DNA of 64,000 bases from the NCBI GenBank assembly GCA_030141605.1, contig JAQGDQ010000397.1:149513-213512 (forward strand). The letters are read 5' to 3'. The translations under genes and the position numbers were made by a program. The notes below the pieces were generated by a model that saw nothing but the letters and a program-made list of their open reading frames with translations, was not told the origin of the DNA and ran no database searches. The DNA comes from Tubiluchus corallicola. Taxonomy: Eukaryota > Animalia > Priapulida. Positions 61,748 to 64,000 of the stretch are shown here, in pieces. Position 1 is the stretch's first letter. Each line of letters starts with the position of its first letter.

Positions 61748-63776
61748 CATCCGCACCATCTAGTACCGTTATATCACTCTCCAACGTCTTTAGAGTTAAA
61801 AGGAAACTCTCCTATTTACTTACACTCTGTATGGTGATGATAATGACTTTCCTAGGACTAGGACGATGGAGGCCAATAGTACCGTCTGCGATCCACCATG
61901 AAATTGTTCACAGAGACTTGAAGACATCTGTAGAAACTAACGCAAGTGTAAATGATCATTCTGGGGGAAGCTACTGTGGTGAGAATGTTCATGGGTATCA
62001 TCTGAACCCCTTCAATGCTTCTAAAGTCAATGAAAAGACAGAACCAGTGTTTGTCACTGCATTTGATCACACCCATTACACAGAAGGAGAAGGACTGATA
62101 TTGAATTTGAACGTGGAGCTTGGTCCTGGTAACTTCACTCTCGTATTTTACGATTTGGGACTGAACGACAATCAGCGAAATTTGGTAAGTTTAAAAAACA
62201 ACTGAACAAGATTGTGTTCAAGTACTACGTTAGACGTGATAATTATCTTTCTTATTAGACGTATTATTCTTTAATCTATTAACATACACAAAATTCAGTA
62301 AATCATTAGCCCATTACACCATGTTACTGCTTATGACAGTTTAATTTTTCTTTTCAGATGAAGTGTTACTGCCGTGGAAATTGTCACTACAAGCTTTTTA
62401 ATTACAATAAATATCCAAGTCATACAAGAAACTTACATACTTATGCTTTCAAACCACTGATTATACAAGTAAGTACTGTGTGGTATGACGGGCCTGAACA
62501 AGACAATTTTATCAGAAAATGCTTTGGTGGCACTCATGACCTCATTTATACTACTGTAGCCAGATAGTTTTCCGTCCCGCCACAAGCACCAACATTAAAC
62601 AGGCCATTGAGTCCTCGACACCTTCCTTACAAGTTGCCAAATTTTATAAAACAGATACCATCCGCAAGTAGAGCAGCAAGATCAAACAGACCTAGAGGAC
62701 CTTGAATAAGTCAAAATGGAGAGCAGGATTATAATCACAGTTTTAACAAATAACAAGATATAAATCCATGGTATGCTGGTGTTAATATTCAGTTTGGTTG
62801 ATTCAGTAAATTCTTCCTTGGCATTCCAATACTGCTGTGGGGGATAGGAACTAACCTATAATCCTATTAAAGACAAAAAGCAACTCCCCCATAAATGCTT
62901 GGTGGATATTCAGGGTAAAAATATTCATTGTGAGCTAATGTCAAAGTCATCAACACGTCTCTCATCAAAATTTTGGGAAAAGTAGGAAAACATAGTAGAA
63001 TAATGTTGTGACAAATCTAAGTGCATCACTAAAGCATTATTAACTTAGAGGATAGGGTTTCATTCACATACGTCTAAAAATGTGCAATGGTCTGACAGAT
63101 GTGGCGCATCCTGCAACGTCAGGGTGTTTATGCAGCAGTTTATTTGGTTTTAGCAAATTCCAGGCCTATTGCTATTGTTGCGCATTCCTGAATGTAATAG
63201 TAGATGCCCAACATTAATCAATAGTAATCAGTATTGATATGTTTACAGGAAGCACTTCAAACCTGGGGCTTTATTTTCTGGATAGACACATCTTTTCGGG
63301 TGCTACCTGGTAGAATCGAACAGCTGAGAATCTTCTATGACTACACGAGAAAGAAGTCTGGCATCACTGCCTGGTTACTAAAACGGAAACTATACTGCTT
63401 TGTACATCCGGGCATGTACAGCTATTTCAATGCTTCTGCAGAATACTACAGAAAACAAGGATATTACGCCATTCACGCTGGGTCTCTCCTGCTGTACAAT
63501 ACTCAGTTTATTTACCAGTCAATTGTGTCCCCGTGGACTGAATGTGCTGTAAGGGAGGACTGCATTGCGCCTCCTGGGTCAAAACTTGGTCCATGCAACT
63601 TCTCTGCACCAAATAACTACTGCTGCCACAGATACGACCAAGCAGCGCTTGGTATTATACTTCTAAAAGCTTTTCAGTACGACTTTAGAACATGCTGTAC
63701 CCGACGGATGCCGTTTTACTATCGCAGACGTGACAAGTCGGGCAAGATGCTCCTCCAAAAGCTTTGTGAAATGTGA
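61748..63776 (+). CDS. DUF1647-family putative glycosyltransferase-like type II membrane protein, at least 3 coding exons
   Basis: Exons are 61748 (acceptor TTTCAG) or 61831 (ATG) to 62184 (donor GTAAGT), 62358-62468 (TTTCAG / GTAAGT) and 63249-63776 (TTACAG); the two internal introns are phase 0. The protein has a TM segment (LSYLLTLCMVMIMTFLGL), PVFVTAFD..HY.E, LVFYDLGL, FNYNKYPSHTRNLHTYAFKPLIIQEAL, FWIDTSFR, WTECA...CIAPPGS and CHRYDQAAL, the motif set of the invertebrate DUF1647 family. The true start codon is uncertain. Confidence 0.85.
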
Positions 63777-64000
63777 ACTTATTGTTACAGTTGGACAGCG
63801 CGTAATCCCATCCTACCTTCTAGAATATGTATATCTATGTAGAATATAGATGAGGTATATATTTAAAATGCATGCATATTTCTTAATTATAGTTGTGTAA
63901 TACAGTTACTTAAAAATAAACTGTAGTTATTTTTGTATTGTGATTTACAAGTTCTAATTACGTATTATTGCCAGGTATCTGATAATCTCTTGTCTGAGAA

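Noticed and set aside
62560-63060. Possible Penelope-like RT relic in the DUF1647 intron (RRVDD on the minus strand)
   Set aside because: There is only one short motif in heavily degraded sequence, which is insufficient to call.

Overview
AT-rich, intron-containing animal (invertebrate) genomic DNA; the organism cannot be determined from sequence alone. I found four apparently intact host genes, all on the + strand and all predicted type II membrane secretory-pathway glycan-modifying enzymes. They are two intronless GT10 alpha-1,3-fucosyltransferases (1787-3070, 43336-44442), a four-exon protein O-mannose kinase (POMK/SgK196)-like gene (12926-15656, only partly visible in the ORF track), and a spliced DUF1647-type putative glycosyltransferase (about 61748-63776). 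A roughly 90-bp relic of a third fucosyltransferase is split by an insertion. The intervening DNA is mostly decayed mobile elements: a piggyBac with an internal deletion, a BEL/Pao integrase, a Ty3/Gypsy pol, several LINE reverse-transcriptase fragments, and a Polinton/Maverick (adintovirus-like) relic with adenain protease and protein-primed DNA polymerase B. There are also two copies of a 1.2-1.35 kb LTR-like element with 6-bp flanking duplications, non-autonomous repeat families carrying variable internal tandem arrays, and microsatellites. The best candidate for an undescribed system is the co-oriented glyco-enzyme cluster (FucT / POMK-like sugar kinase / FucT / DUF1647). All family assignments come from motif recognition by eye, not from database searches.
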